A stretch of 64,000 bases of DNA from Eledone cirrhosa (GCA_964016885.1 OZ024740.1:416640001-416704000), one strand, 5' to 3'. Shown: positions 27,293 to 39,267, counted from the stretch's first letter. Notes: generated by a model not told the origin, from the sequence alone. A program made the numbers and translations.

Positions 27293-28702
27293 GCACTCGA
27301 CAATGAGGGAAAGGATAAGGAAGGAATGTTACCGCAGAGTAAGAGCAATCTTAAGAACGGAATTGAATGCAAGGAATAGGATCGATGCCATAAACACGCT
27401 TGCCATACCAGTAGTAACCTACAGTTACAATGTCATCAACTGGTCAAGCACAGAGATCCGTAGGCTCGATACAAAAATTTGAAAATTCTTAACCATGCAC
27501 AGAATGCATCACCCTAAGGCAGATACAGATAGAATATATCTCCCTATGAAAGAAGGAGGACGTGGGTTAATCCAGTTAGATATTGCGTTGAAAACTGCAA
27601 CAATTGGATTAGCTACATATCTAAGGGAATCACATGATTGGATGATCAAACTCGTTTTGAAACACGAAAGCATCAAAAGATCATACTCCATTACAAAAGA
27701 TGCACAAAGATACAGTAATGGACTACAAATTTCAGAAGTCCCATTTACTGCTGAAATGGAAAACACAGAAAAAGCAAAGCAAAGAAAGAACTGCTACAGA
27801 AACTGGCTAAGAAATGGCAAGAAAAGCCTCTGTATGGAAAATACCCAGAGCGAGCTAACAATCCTGATGTTGACAAAACTTTAACCCATCAGTGGTTGGC
27901 ATCCTCTGGACTGAAATCGGAGACTGAAGGACTGATTATATCAGCACAAGATCAGTGTCTGCCAACAAAAAATTACCAAGCCAACATAATAAAAAATGTA
28001 TGCAAAAAACAACCAGAGACCATTGACCATATATTTTCAATGTGCAGTCCTATAGCTCCAACCGAATACCTAAACAGGCATGACAGAGCTGCACAATACA
28101 TACATTGGATAATGTGTAAGCATTTTGACCTGCCACATCAAAAGAATTGGTGGGAGCATCAACCACCTCTCATACTTGAAAAAGATCACATCTCAATCTT
28201 GTGGAACTTTAGCATCCAAACAGACTGAAAAATAGATGCAAATAGACCTGATATAATATTGAAGGACTTTAAAATGTGGGTATGCCTGCTAATTGATATG
28301 TCCGTTCCAATAGACAAGAATGTATCTATAAAAACATCTGAAAAATTGAGCAAGTATAAGGACCTGGAGATAGAAATTGGAAAAATGTGGAAATTGAGAA
28401 CTAAAACAATACCAGTGGTTGTAGGCGCTCTAGGAATGATACCTAAGGGGGCTAATGATTACTTATCGCAAATCCCAGGAAACCCGCGTATAGGAGAAAT
28501 ACAAAAGATAGTACTAATGGGAACTGCCCATATACTAAGGAAGATTCTGTCAAGATAAGTACATCACAAGTCTAAACACCTGGGGATGCATGTGTGAGTA
28601 TGTATGTTCTTTCTTGAATATGGCGGACCTTGTTGTCTCTTGAGGTCACTGGTTGTGACTTGGTGATAACTCGTATGAACATAAAGCAAGATAAATGCAA
28701 CT

Positions 28703-28704
<2 letters not shown>
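27291..28704 (+). mobile_element. 5'-truncated R4/Dong-like retrotransposon (copy B), flanked by (AAT)n
   Basis: Near-identical to 19784-21217 and shares the 16-bp deletion. Extra stops and a deletion in the CCHC region. Confidence 0.93.
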
Positions 28705-28734
<30 letters not shown>

Positions 28735-28735
<1 letters not shown>

Positions 28736-31700
28736 TTTTCTTTATTAACCACAAGGGTTTACATAAAGTAGACATTAAGGACAGTACAGGACAATACAGG
28801 ACGGTACAAATGGGCATTTCTGCGTGTAAAAAAACAGAGGATGAAATAAAATAACAAAGAAAAATTCCCCAATAGGGGGGAGTCTTCCGAGGGACATTTG
28901 TGGAGAAAGCCCATTAAAAGACCACAGTGGCCCTGACCACCAGGGCAAGTGCCCTCTCCCAGTTTTCCACCTTTAATTTACAGACACATACTCAGAGAAG
29001 GCCCATTCATTCGGGCCATACTTGCTTCTCTCACCCATCTTTCAACAAAATGCTGGGAAGAGAGCACTTCCCTCTCTACCTTGATTTTCCTTTTCAGATG
29101 AAATTTGAAAAAGTTAATCAGGGCATCACCGAAGAGGTAAGTGCTCGTCTTCAGCCCTTTCAAACGTGTCCACCATACTATCTCTTTCGCCATGGCCACC
29201 AGACAGATAAAAACTGCCTGCCCTTCCCGGCTAAAGGAAGAGGGCGGGTCAATCCTCACGATGGACTCAGCTGATAGCCGGATCCGTCCTACACGCGACA
29301 GCAGGTGTTCGACATAAACCCACAAGTCAACAATGCTCGGACACTGGACGAGTGCGTGCAGGACGGTTTCGTCGCCCTGTGCGCATCTCGGACATGCCCG
29401 GCTGACGGCACCTCCATGCCTGTAAAGTTTATCCCCAACTGGCAAAGCACCCCGGTAGCACTGCCAGGCCAGGGATTTCTGGAAGTTGTCCATAGGCCCC
29501 GGCCCGAAAGTCCTTCCGAAGAGATTGGCTAGTTGATTTTCGTCGACTCCTAGAGTTTCTCCAAGTACGTCGTCGCTCTTCCCCTCCACTAATCTCCTAT
29601 AGAACGCCAAGGTGGAGTTTCCACCGATCACATTGCCCGATTGGTCGAGGGCTGTGAGCGCCTGAAGACATTCCAGTCTCCAAGCGCTCCCTCTCGGTCT
29701 TCGCTTGACCTAGGACTGCAGATCCGTCAAGGAGACGAGCTGGGGAATGACGCGTCTAGCAAACGGCGACCACACCTGATCACCGTCGAGGAAGAGGTGG
29801 AGATGTCGTAGCCCATTGAACGGCTTTCGTCCCCTCGTGTCTGAGAGCACGCACCCTAGCTCTGACAACGCAGCCTTCGTGCTTTGCATTGAAGAATTAG
29901 TCAAGGGCCAATTTCGTCGCAAGTACGTCGGTCGCAATGCCTTTGCTAAGCGCCTCGTCTAATTTTCTAACTAGTTCTCCCTCTGCTCTATTTTTCTCTA
30001 TTGCTAAAGCCTTACTAAATCTAATGGACTCTATTCTAATCGCTCTTTTCAGAGCAAACCACCACTTGTTGACGATGGCCCCCGTCAATGCCCTCTTAAC
30101 TAGTTTGCTAATCCGGTCTCTGTAGGCCTTGCGCGCTGGTAAGGACGCGTTTAGCTTCCAGTAGCCGGGTCCTCGTCTATGAAGCCTATCTAAGTCAAGC
30201 ACACAGATCACGAATTTGTGGTCCGTGTAGCTGACTATCTTGAATTGTGGACAGCCTATGCTAGACCTATCTATTTCCCTACAAAATACTCTATCTAGAT
30301 ATGATCTGGATGACCCTATGCGATTTGTCCAAGTCCACATTGGCACATTCGGGAAATCCAATCGGTACTTGTCAGACAGTTCAAAACGCCTTAGCAGGTT
30401 GATGAGGCTCTTGCACCCTCCTCCCCTATCCGCTAATTCCACACAGTCCCAGCGTGCATCTAAGATCCCGTTCCAGTCGCCCACTAACACTAAAGAGCGG
30501 GACGTTCCAAGAAAGGTCTCCAGACGCTGGAAGAAATCAGGCCGCCCTGCTCCTGTCGGGGCATAGACGGCCACTAGCCTGAAAGCTTGCCCGTCTCCGC
30601 TGGTCACGTCCAGCACCACCAACTTACCTTCTGGGTCCAGGAAGATGGCCCGTATGGCGAGATCCAAACCTCTCCGAAAAAGCACAGCAACTCCTCCCCC
30701 CGATCCAGGACGGCTGGGAGATGCGTACACATCGTAGCCGCCGAAGATCGGTGCGAAGGCCCGTGCTTCGGAGATTCTGGTCTCGCTGATGGCCACTTCA
30801 TCTATGTTTAGTGACCTGAGGTCGTTGAGCAGGTGGCCCTGCTTCAATGACGACCCCAAGCCACGCGCAGTTATGCTGCCTATTCTGAGTGAGGTCATGT
30901 TGAAATGGAGTAGAAAAGATGAAAAAGACCACTTACCTTACTTCTCGTAAAGGAAGGATGGTTTCTCCATCCTTTTCACTGCTTGTGGCCTCCTCCAGAA
31001 GGATGTCCTTATAAATCCTCCTGGAGAGTGCTTGTCGGAAGTCTCCGATGTCTTTGGGGAATTTTTGTTTTAGTGTCGTGTACGTTTTCTGTGTGATGCG
31101 AGTGATTTGTATGTGTGGAGGTGGTGTGAACTTTTGGGTTGTTGTGTAGTCTTTTTCTGTGATGCTGGTGTTGTGTTGGATGTAGTGTAATAATTGGTTG
31201 TTGTTCAAATTTAATGCTGTGTAGTGTGTATCGTTTTGGTTGTTCTGTTTTGTTTGCGTTTGTTGTGGGTTTGTTTCTGTTTCGCTTTTTGGTGACTTTT
31301 GTGGTGTAGGTGATGGTGGTGGTGGGGTTAATGGTGGTGATGGTGTTGGTGTTTGTCGTGATGGGGTTGGTGATGCTGGTGTGGATGGTGGCATATCTGT
31401 CCTAACTTTTTTGTTTGATAGTTTATTTGTTTCCCTCTGTATTTTGTTTTTGGCGGGGGAAGGAAGAGGATTTTTTCTTTTTTGGTTTCTTTTTTTCTTT
31501 TTTCCTGGTACCGTTTCCCACTCCTCGTCGTCACAATCTGTCTCCAGTTGCGATAGGTCGGGGAGTGGAAAATCCTCCACAGGCGTTAGTTTTGGTTGTG
31601 GCGTGGTGGATGGTGTAGGCGCTGGTGCTAGTTCTGGCGCGTTGGGTGGTGGTGGTGTTGGTTTTGCTACTGCTGCTGGGGTTGTTGATGTTACAGTTGC

Positions 31701-33067
31701 TTCTGTTGTTGCTGCCATTTCTGCTGCTGGTGGTGTTGATGGTTGAGTCACTGGGGTGTGTAAGAGAGGTGGCCTCAACCTTTTAGCCTGAGGGCAGAAA
31801 GCCCTTAGGTGGGTTCCTTCACCACAAACGACACACCTAGGCCTTCTGCCCTCGACGATTACGGTGAGGTGGCTGCCGTCAGTGAGGTCTATTACCTCTG
31901 GGATCTCCTCAATGCTTTTTTGGTCCGCTTGGATCAGGAGCTCCATCCCAGATCCAGTTCTCCTGCTTTTCTTTCGCTATTTCGATTATCTTGGTGTTGG
32001 CCTCGATGCCGGCGAGGACGGCAGCCATTAGCCAGGGAATTTCTATGGCCGGTGGAACGTGGGTCACCCTGATCTTCACGAGTCTCTGGCCACAATTGCT
32101 TGGGACGAGTGTGAAGTCGTCACTTCTTAATGGGGCCATGGAGTGTTCTCTGGCCTCCTGTTGTGTTTCAAAGAACACGTCCACGGTTCCATATTTCTGC
32201 CCACGTCTGATGTGAGGTTTTTTTTCCCACACATGTCCCAAAGCTTTTTGGATTTGGGACTCGCATGCCCGTTCCACTCGGCGCGATTTTATATTAATCG
32301 TCCGATAAGATACGGTGCATAGGCGCCGATGCTCCATTTTATTAGGTGTGGAGGGGGGGGCTGACCCTGTACTCATCTTTCTTTACCATTCTTTTGGCTT
32401 CTTCTAATTCCTCCTGAGTTACCTGGATTGCTTCGCACTTTTTTGCTACTCTGGCAAAAGACAGGGTGGTTTTCTTATTCTCATTGTTGCTGTTGTTGTT
32501 ATCGTTATTTTTGTTATTGTTAATTTTAGTTTCAGTTGTAGTGGTGGTGGCGTCAGTGGTGTTCGGTGTGGAAGAGTTCATTCTGGGTGAATTCATTTCG
32601 ATGTCACGAGTTAATTAATTTTTTTCTTTTGTTTCTGTTGTCGCTGTGGTGGTGGTGGGGGTGGCGGCTTCAACACCTGCAGTCATTGGTAATGGAGGGA
32701 AATGAATGTCTGCCTGAGACAAATTTAAAATATTGCTACTGCTTATATTTTTAGTGTTGGCAAAGTAGTAATATTTACAATGGTGGTGTCGGTGTGCGGT
32801 GTTAGTTTGTGAGGAAGGCTCTCAGCTACTTGGTGCAGCTGTGAGTCAGCCATGATTTTTCAAAGAAATTTTTTTTTTTTATAATTATAAAAGTTTAAAT
32901 TTTGGGCTCAAGGCCCCAATCATTTTGAGTGTCCTTTTCAGAAAACAATGTATGTGCACTTATATACAGTTAACAATAAAAATTTTCCATAAATGGCAAT
33001 TTTAAACAACTGAAAACAACAAACCTTTGCGGAGCTCACGATAATACGATTTCCTACGTGGGTCGCC
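28735..33067 (-). mobile_element. L1/Tx1-clade LINE (copy B) with RT deleted
   Basis: ORF1 pieces 32596-30933 (CVVCGEGTHLRAFC). APE ORF 30898-29897. A ~1.5-kb deletion at about 29811 (GCC microhomology) removes the RT core. C-terminal ORF 29631-28978. (AAT)n on both sides. Confidence 0.92.
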
Positions 33068-33297
33068 AATAATAATAATAATAATAACAATTTTGCATTA
33101 TATATTTTGTATTCAAAAAAGAAAATGGTTATAAATGGAAGCAAACACCCTCTGTCTACACTATATAGAACAGCCAAATAACAGCAATTTCACCAACACC
33201 AGAAACTTGATACACCACCTACCCAATCACACTAAATATAACAGCCAGATAACGGCAATTTCACCACCACCACCACCAATCCCAGCATCATAATAAT

Positions 33298-33482
33298 AAT
33301 TGTTTCTACTTTAGGCACAAGGCCAGCAATTACCCAGTGCATTACTGGTACTTTATTTTATCGACCCCGTAAGGATGAAAGGCAAAGTCAACCTCGGCGG
33401 GATTTGAACTCAGATCATAAAGGGACGTAACTATGCTGGAAAGCATGGCGTCCGACCCTCTACCGATACTGTCAATCCACCA
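33298..33482 (-). mobile_element. tRNA-derived SINE
   Basis: Reverse complement of the 40040-40228 copy. (ATT)n tail. Confidence 0.88.
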
Positions 33483-34082
33483 AATAATAATTACTATTAT
33501 TATTGTCTCAAGTTTTAACAAAATGTTTAATTCCAATTTTACGGGAATATGTCAACACAATATATATTAAACATACGCGACACAAACTCATAGATACTAC
33601 ATATCACGAAACTCAGTAACGACAACGCCACCGCCGCCACCACTCCATCCATCATTGCTACCACTATCCCATCACCGCCGCCGCCACCCTTTCATTGCTA
33701 CCACCACTATTCCCCTGTTAACTTGAGAGAGAAAGGGGAAGGTGGCGGTATCACTAGACAAGGGAGAGGCTAGCAAAAGATATAAATAGATTGACTTAGT
33801 GACCTGGCCACCGGCCAAACGTCAACATCAACAACTATGGCACTGCTGGCTCACCCCTTCCTCACCAACAATATAAAAAGCCCCATCACCACCACCGACA
33901 TAGCCAACAACAATAACAGGCAACTTCAGCAAAAAGTATATTATATTATTGTAATGCACTGGGTGATTGCTGGTCTTGTGCCTGGAGTGGAGACAATTAT
34001 TAATAATTTCATTCTTAAGCCACACAATGCTCACATTAAGGAACCACTCATGATAATAACAATTTAAAAAAAACAACAAAAA

Positions 34083-37000
34083 GAAAACCCCGTAACCAAG
34101 AAATACCGGGATGGCGGCCGGCGGGGAATAGCCGTGTCTCTAGGGGAGAACGACCCCTCTAGTCTTGGTTGACACTCGTTCTAGAAGTGGTAACACAAAA
34201 TGATTACCCCTTGGCGGATAAGGATAAAACGCGACAAAATAAAGTAAATGTCTAATGATAAAATCTCATACCAGATCGGCCGTCACCCGGGTAAAAAGGG
34301 CCGCGTCCCTCAGAGAAGAACCAGACTGGGGTCGAAAAATCAGCTAATGGTTCAAACCTTCCCATCACTTCGGAGCTGGAGACCTCCCATAACTGGAATA
34401 CTCCTACTGTTGGCCCTCCATGCTCACCACCAAGAAATCCAAAGAAAAAGAGAGAAAAATGGTCAAGGGAAGATAATAAAGAAGTCCTTGAGGCTTTCTA
34501 CACTGCCATGTACTACCCATCAAATACATCGAATACAGAACAGACATATATCAACTGGAAAAAGAAACATCCCGAAAACAGAGGCTATATTGACAGTAAC
34601 AAACTAGCCAATATACGAAGAAATATTGTAAGAAAAAAATTACTAACTGATATAGAAATTGATCAGATCAAGCTATTAGCACAAAGTCAGCGAAGGGAAA
34701 ATGAAACATGTGTCAGTGAAAACGAGGTAAATTGTAACACTTCGAATCCTAGGGTTGGGGCGGAATCACTGGCAACAGAACAAATTAAAGAAAGGATCGA
34801 AAAAGTGGAGGGAGTGCATGCTCAAGATGAAACTCCAAATGAAAATAATGAGATCGTAAATGATAAAGAAATGAATGAGAATGAACTTGCCAACTTGAAG
34901 GATGAAATTATGATCGAATGGATGAAAATGAAAGAATCTGACATGGGGCAACGAGACACCCTCCCTAAGATCCAGAACTCCAAACAGAACCAAAAGATAA
35001 TACACAAGACTAATATAATTCTCAAAAACATTATCATCACAAAGAAACTAAACATTACTGATTTAAATCATCTCTATTATGCATCGGCTAAAGTCACCAC
35101 TCACTTATGTGGAGTGAAGATGAAAAAACAAAGGAATTCCCACAAGAAATCTACTTGGCAAGAGAACATCAATCGCCAAATAAACCTTCTCCGATCTGAC
35201 ATAGAAATTTTAACAAACTATAAAGTAGGTGAACATGTTAAACAAACTAAACTTAGAAAATTGAAAAAAAAGTACAGTATAAAATCAACAAGTGACATAG
35301 ACATGCTGATAGAAATAATCAAGCAAAAAGTGTCGGCCAAAGCTGCTCGTATAAGGCGCTTTGAAAAACGATCTAGATTCTATAAGGACAATAATATGTT
35401 CAAAAACAACCAAAGAAACTTCTACAGAAAAATTGGTAAGTCAACAATAACTGCTAAATCAATACCACCCAAGGAGGAAGTGCAAGAATTCTGGGAAAAG
35501 ATCTGGGCCAAAGAAAAAGTTCATAACATACATGCCCCATGGATAGACAGACAAATGAAAGATACAGCTCACCTTGAGGAACAAATATGGGAAAATATAA
35601 CAGTTGAACAGTTGCACTTGGCTCTAAGAAAAACCAGCAAATGGAAATCCCCAGGAAAAGACAAAATACAAAACTTTTGGATAAATGCCTTCACAGAGTC
35701 TCATGAGCTGTTAGCCCAACTTTACAATGAAATAGTTAAGGAGCCAGAAAAGATACCATCATGGCTAGTTAACGGCATTACATTCCTGCTTCCGAAGAAT
35801 GATGAGACAAACAATCCCAAAAATTACAGACCGATAACTTGCTTGACCACAATGTATAAAATTTTAACATCAGTCCTAACTGAATACACATATGACCACC
35901 TGATAACAAATGACCTATTTCCCATTGAGCAGAAAGAGTGTAAACGAGGCTCATATGGCTGTAAGGATCAGCTTCTGGTTAACAAAATGATACTGGAAGA
36001 TTGTCATAATAGACACAAAAATCTATCGATTGCTTGGATAGATTATAAAAAAGCATTCGATAGTTTGCCACACAGTTGGATTGAAAAATGTTTAGAGATT
36101 TTCAAAATATCCCCCTTTGTCTGGAGGTTTTTGTCATTCAGTATGAAGACATGGAAAACGACACTCCTTTTGAATAGTGAAACAAAATCACTGGAAGCTG
36201 GAGAAGTTAATATTAATTGTGGAATTTTTCAGGGTGACTCTTTATCACCGCTTTTATTCTGCATCGCACTTATACCATTAAGTAAAATGCTCAATGAAAC
36301 AAAACATGGATATAAAGTCTATGACAAAACCATTAATCACTTGTTCTACATGGATGACCTGAAACTATTTGCAAAAAATGATGTACAATTGCAAGGGCTA
36401 TTATCCACTGTGGGGCAGTTCAGTGATGACATTAAAATGGAGTTTGGACTAGATAAATGCGCCAAAGCAACGTTCACCAGAGGAAAGCTGCTGAAGAGTT
36501 CAGACATTAATCTTGATCGGGGGAACGTGATAAGAGAACTTGAACAAGAAAAAACTTACAAATATCTAGGTGTTTGTGAAGGAGACGAAATCAAGCAATC
36601 CACAATGAGGGAAAGGATAAGGAAGGAATGTTACCGCAGAGTAAGAGCAATCTTAAGAACGGAATTGAATGCAAGGAATAGGATCGATGCCATAAACACG
36701 CTTGCCATACCAGTAGTAACCTACAGTTACAATGTCATCAACTGGTCAAGCACAGAGATCCGTAGGCTCGATACAAAAATTCGAAAATTCTTAACCATGC
36801 ACAGAATGCATCACCCTAAGGCAGATATAGATAGAATATATCTCCCTAGGAAAGAAGGAGGACGTGGGTTAATCCAGTTAGACATTGCGTTGAAAACTGC
36901 AACAATTGGATTATCTACATATCTAAGGGAATCACATGATTGGATGATCAAACTCGTTTTGAAACACGAAAGCATCAAAAGATCATATTCCATTACAAAA

Positions 37001-38042
37001 GATGCACAAAGATACAGTAATGGACTACAAATTTCAGAAGTCCCATTTACTGCTGAAATGGAAAACACAGAAAAAGAAAAGCAGGTAAAAGTAACTGCAA
37101 AGAAAGAACTGCTACAGAAACTGGCTAAGAAATGGCAAGAAAAGCCTCTGTATGGAAAATACCCAGAGCGAGCTAACAATCCTGATGTTGACAAAACTTT
37201 AACCCATCAGTGGTTGGCATCCTCTGGACTGAAATCGGAGACTGAAGGACTGATTATATCAGCACAAGATCAGTGTCTGCCAACAAAAAATTACCAAGCC
37301 AACATAATAAAAAATGGATGCAGCCCATTATGCCGTGTATGCAAAAAACAACCAGAGACCATTGACCATATAATTTCAATGTGCAGTCCTATAGCTCCAA
37401 CCGAATACCTAAACAGGCATGACAGAGCTGCACAATACATACATTGGATAATGTGTAAGCATTTTGACCTGCCCCATCAAAAGAATTGGTGGGAGCATCA
37501 ACCACCTCCCATACTTGAAAAAGATCACATCTCAATCTTGTGGAACTTTAGCATCCAAACAGACCGAAAAATAGATGCAAATAGACCTGATATAATATTG
37601 AAGGACTTTAAAAAGAGGGTATGCCTGCTAATTGATATGTCTGTTCCAATAGACAAGAATGTATCTATAAAAACATTTGAAAAATTGAGCAAGTATAAGG
37701 ACGTGGAGATAGAAATTGGAAAAATGTGGAAATTGAGAACTAAAACAATACCAGTGGTTGTAGGCACTCTGGGAATGATACCTAAGGGGTCTAATGATTA
37801 CTTATCGCAAATCCCAGGAAACCCGCGTATAGGAGAAATACAAAAGATAGTACTAATGGAAACTGCCCATATACTAAGGAAGATTCTGTCAATATAAGTA
37901 CATCACAAGTCTAAACACTAAAGATGCATGTGTGAGTATGTATGTTCTTTCTTGAACATGGCGGACCTTGTTGTCTCTTGAGGTCACTGGTTGTGACTTG
38001 GTGATAACTCGTATGAACATAAAGCAAGATAAATGCAACTGT
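34083..38042 (+). mobile_element. Apparently full-length R4/Dong-like site-specific non-LTR retrotransposon ending in (AAT)n
   Basis: Single long ORF, structured 5' UTR and 145-bp 3' UTR. All copies end ...GCAACTGT(AAT)n. Dong elements are known TAA-repeat targeters. Confidence 0.9.
34508..37897 (+). CDS. Reverse transcriptase + CCHC zinc finger + restriction-like endonuclease (1129 aa; frame open from about 34295)
   Basis: WKSPGKD, YRPITCL, AWIDYKKAFDS, GIFQGDSLSP, FYMDD, YKYLG, CRVC...ETIDHIISMC, RHD, ANRPDII..D..IDMSVP, K..KY. Upstream in-frame REKWSREDNKEVLEAFY. Confidence 0.95.
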   Translation: MYYPSNTSNTEQTYINWKKKHPENRGYIDSNKLANIRRNIVRKKLLTDIEIDQIKLLAQSQRRENETCVSENEVNCNTSNPRVGAESLATEQIKERIEKVEGVHAQDETPNENNEIVNDKEMNENELANLKDEIMIEWMKMKESDMGQRDTLPKIQNSKQNQKIIHKTNIILKNIIITKKLNITDLNHLYYASAKVTTHLCGVKMKKQRNSHKKSTWQENINRQINLLRSDIEILTNYKVGEHVKQTKLRKLKKKYSIKSTSDIDMLIEIIKQKVSAKAARIRRFEKRSRFYKDNNMFKNNQRNFYRKIGKSTITAKSIPPKEEVQEFWEKIWAKEKVHNIHAPWIDRQMKDTAHLEEQIWENITVEQLHLALRKTSKWKSPGKDKIQNFWINAFTESHELLAQLYNEIVKEPEKIPSWLVNGITFLLPKNDETNNPKNYRPITCLTTMYKILTSVLTEYTYDHLITNDLFPIEQKECKRGSYGCKDQLLVNKMILEDCHNRHKNLSIAWIDYKKAFDSLPHSWIEKCLEIFKISPFVWRFLSFSMKTWKTTLLLNSETKSLEAGEVNINCGIFQGDSLSPLLFCIALIPLSKMLNETKHGYKVYDKTINHLFYMDDLKLFAKNDVQLQGLLSTVGQFSDDIKMEFGLDKCAKATFTRGKLLKSSDINLDRGNVIRELEQEKTYKYLGVCEGDEIKQSTMRERIRKECYRRVRAILRTELNARNRIDAINTLAIPVVTYSYNVINWSSTEIRRLDTKIRKFLTMHRMHHPKADIDRIYLPRKEGGRGLIQLDIALKTATIGLSTYLRESHDWMIKLVLKHESIKRSYSITKDAQRYSNGLQISEVPFTAEMENTEKEKQVKVTAKKELLQKLAKKWQEKPLYGKYPERANNPDVDKTLTHQWLASSGLKSETEGLIISAQDQCLPTKNYQANIIKNGCSPLCRVCKKQPETIDHIISMCSPIAPTEYLNRHDRAAQYIHWIMCKHFDLPHQKNWWEHQPPPILEKDHISILWNFSIQTDRKIDANRPDIILKDFKKRVCLLIDMSVPIDKNVSIKTFEKLSKYKDVEIEIGKMWKLRTKTIPVVVGTLGMIPKGSNDYLSQIPGNPRIGEIQKIVLMETAHILRKILSI

Positions 38043-38059
38043 AATAATAATAATAATAA

Positions 38060-38425
38060 TAATTGTTTCTACTTTTGGCACAAGGCCAGCAATTACCCAG
38101 TGCATTACTGGTACATTATTTTATCGACCCCGTAAGGATGAAAGGCAAAGTTAACCTCGGCGGGATTTGAACTCAGAATGTCAAGGGCCGTAACACTATG
38201 CGTTAAAGTATGGCGTCCAGCCCTCTACCGATGCTGCCAAAATAATTGTTTCTAGTATTGGCACATGACCAGCAATTATCCCAGTGCATTACTGGTACTT
38301 TATTTTATCGACCCCCGTAAGGATGAAAGGCAAAGCTAACCTCGACGGGATTTGAACTCAGAATGGCAAGGGTCGTAACTCTATGCGTTAAAGTATGGAG
38401 TCCAACTCTCTACCGATACTGCCAA
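38060..38425 (-). mobile_element. Two tandem tRNA-derived SINEs
   Basis: Copies at about 38060-38240 and 38243-38425 with B-box and shared central domain. The first SINE's ATT tail abuts the R4 3' end. Confidence 0.88.
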
Positions 38426-39267
38426 ATAATAATAATAGTAATAGTGAGCAAATCGAAGTTGCAGCTGCGATTAGCATTTTATATATATATTTAATTTTGG
38501 ATGAGTATTCCAACACATCTAACACTAGAATGTTATTACTCAATGTAAAAGTTGAGTATAATAAACATTTAATAGTTTCTGAGGCTTTATAGGAAGTGTT
38601 CCCATCTCAGAAGAAAATCTTCACCATGCTCAATACTTCAGTACAGAGACCTTTGACTGAATTCTGAGAGAAACTCATGAAACAATAAACTACTCTTAGA
38701 TATTGCCTGCTACTTATCAATACGCTGTAGATGGTAAGCAGTGCTATCTCTTCGACTGTTACCATTATTATATATGAGTGTTGGCTGAAACATTCATAGA
38801 CTGACTATGAAGGAGTGATGCTAGAGCTGTGAAATTTTGCATGCATTCATTTCAACTCTTTGTATTAATAACTGCATTCTTTCTTTCCAGAGACTATGTT
38901 GAAAAATATACCTCATTTGGTCATACCATGAGAGTATCTTAGTCAGCCTATGAATTTTTCAACTCTGCCTTGTATTTATCCACACACTATTCCACAATGG
39001 ATGATCAGCCATCTTGATCCTTGGAGGGTAGAGAAGCAAACAATTATTTTATCAACCAATACTTATTTAAACAACCTCATAATCATGAAAATAAAGACAA
39101 TACTGATCTATTGTCGGGTTTCGAAACATCGATGGTAAAATGTTGGGTGGTGGCTTATATGCACTATCTAAATATAATGTGTTGATTAGCTGCCCCAATT
39201 TATAAATGAATGGCTTTGGGATTTTTGCACATAAAATAGGGGCTCAACTTATGTTTGGATCAACATC

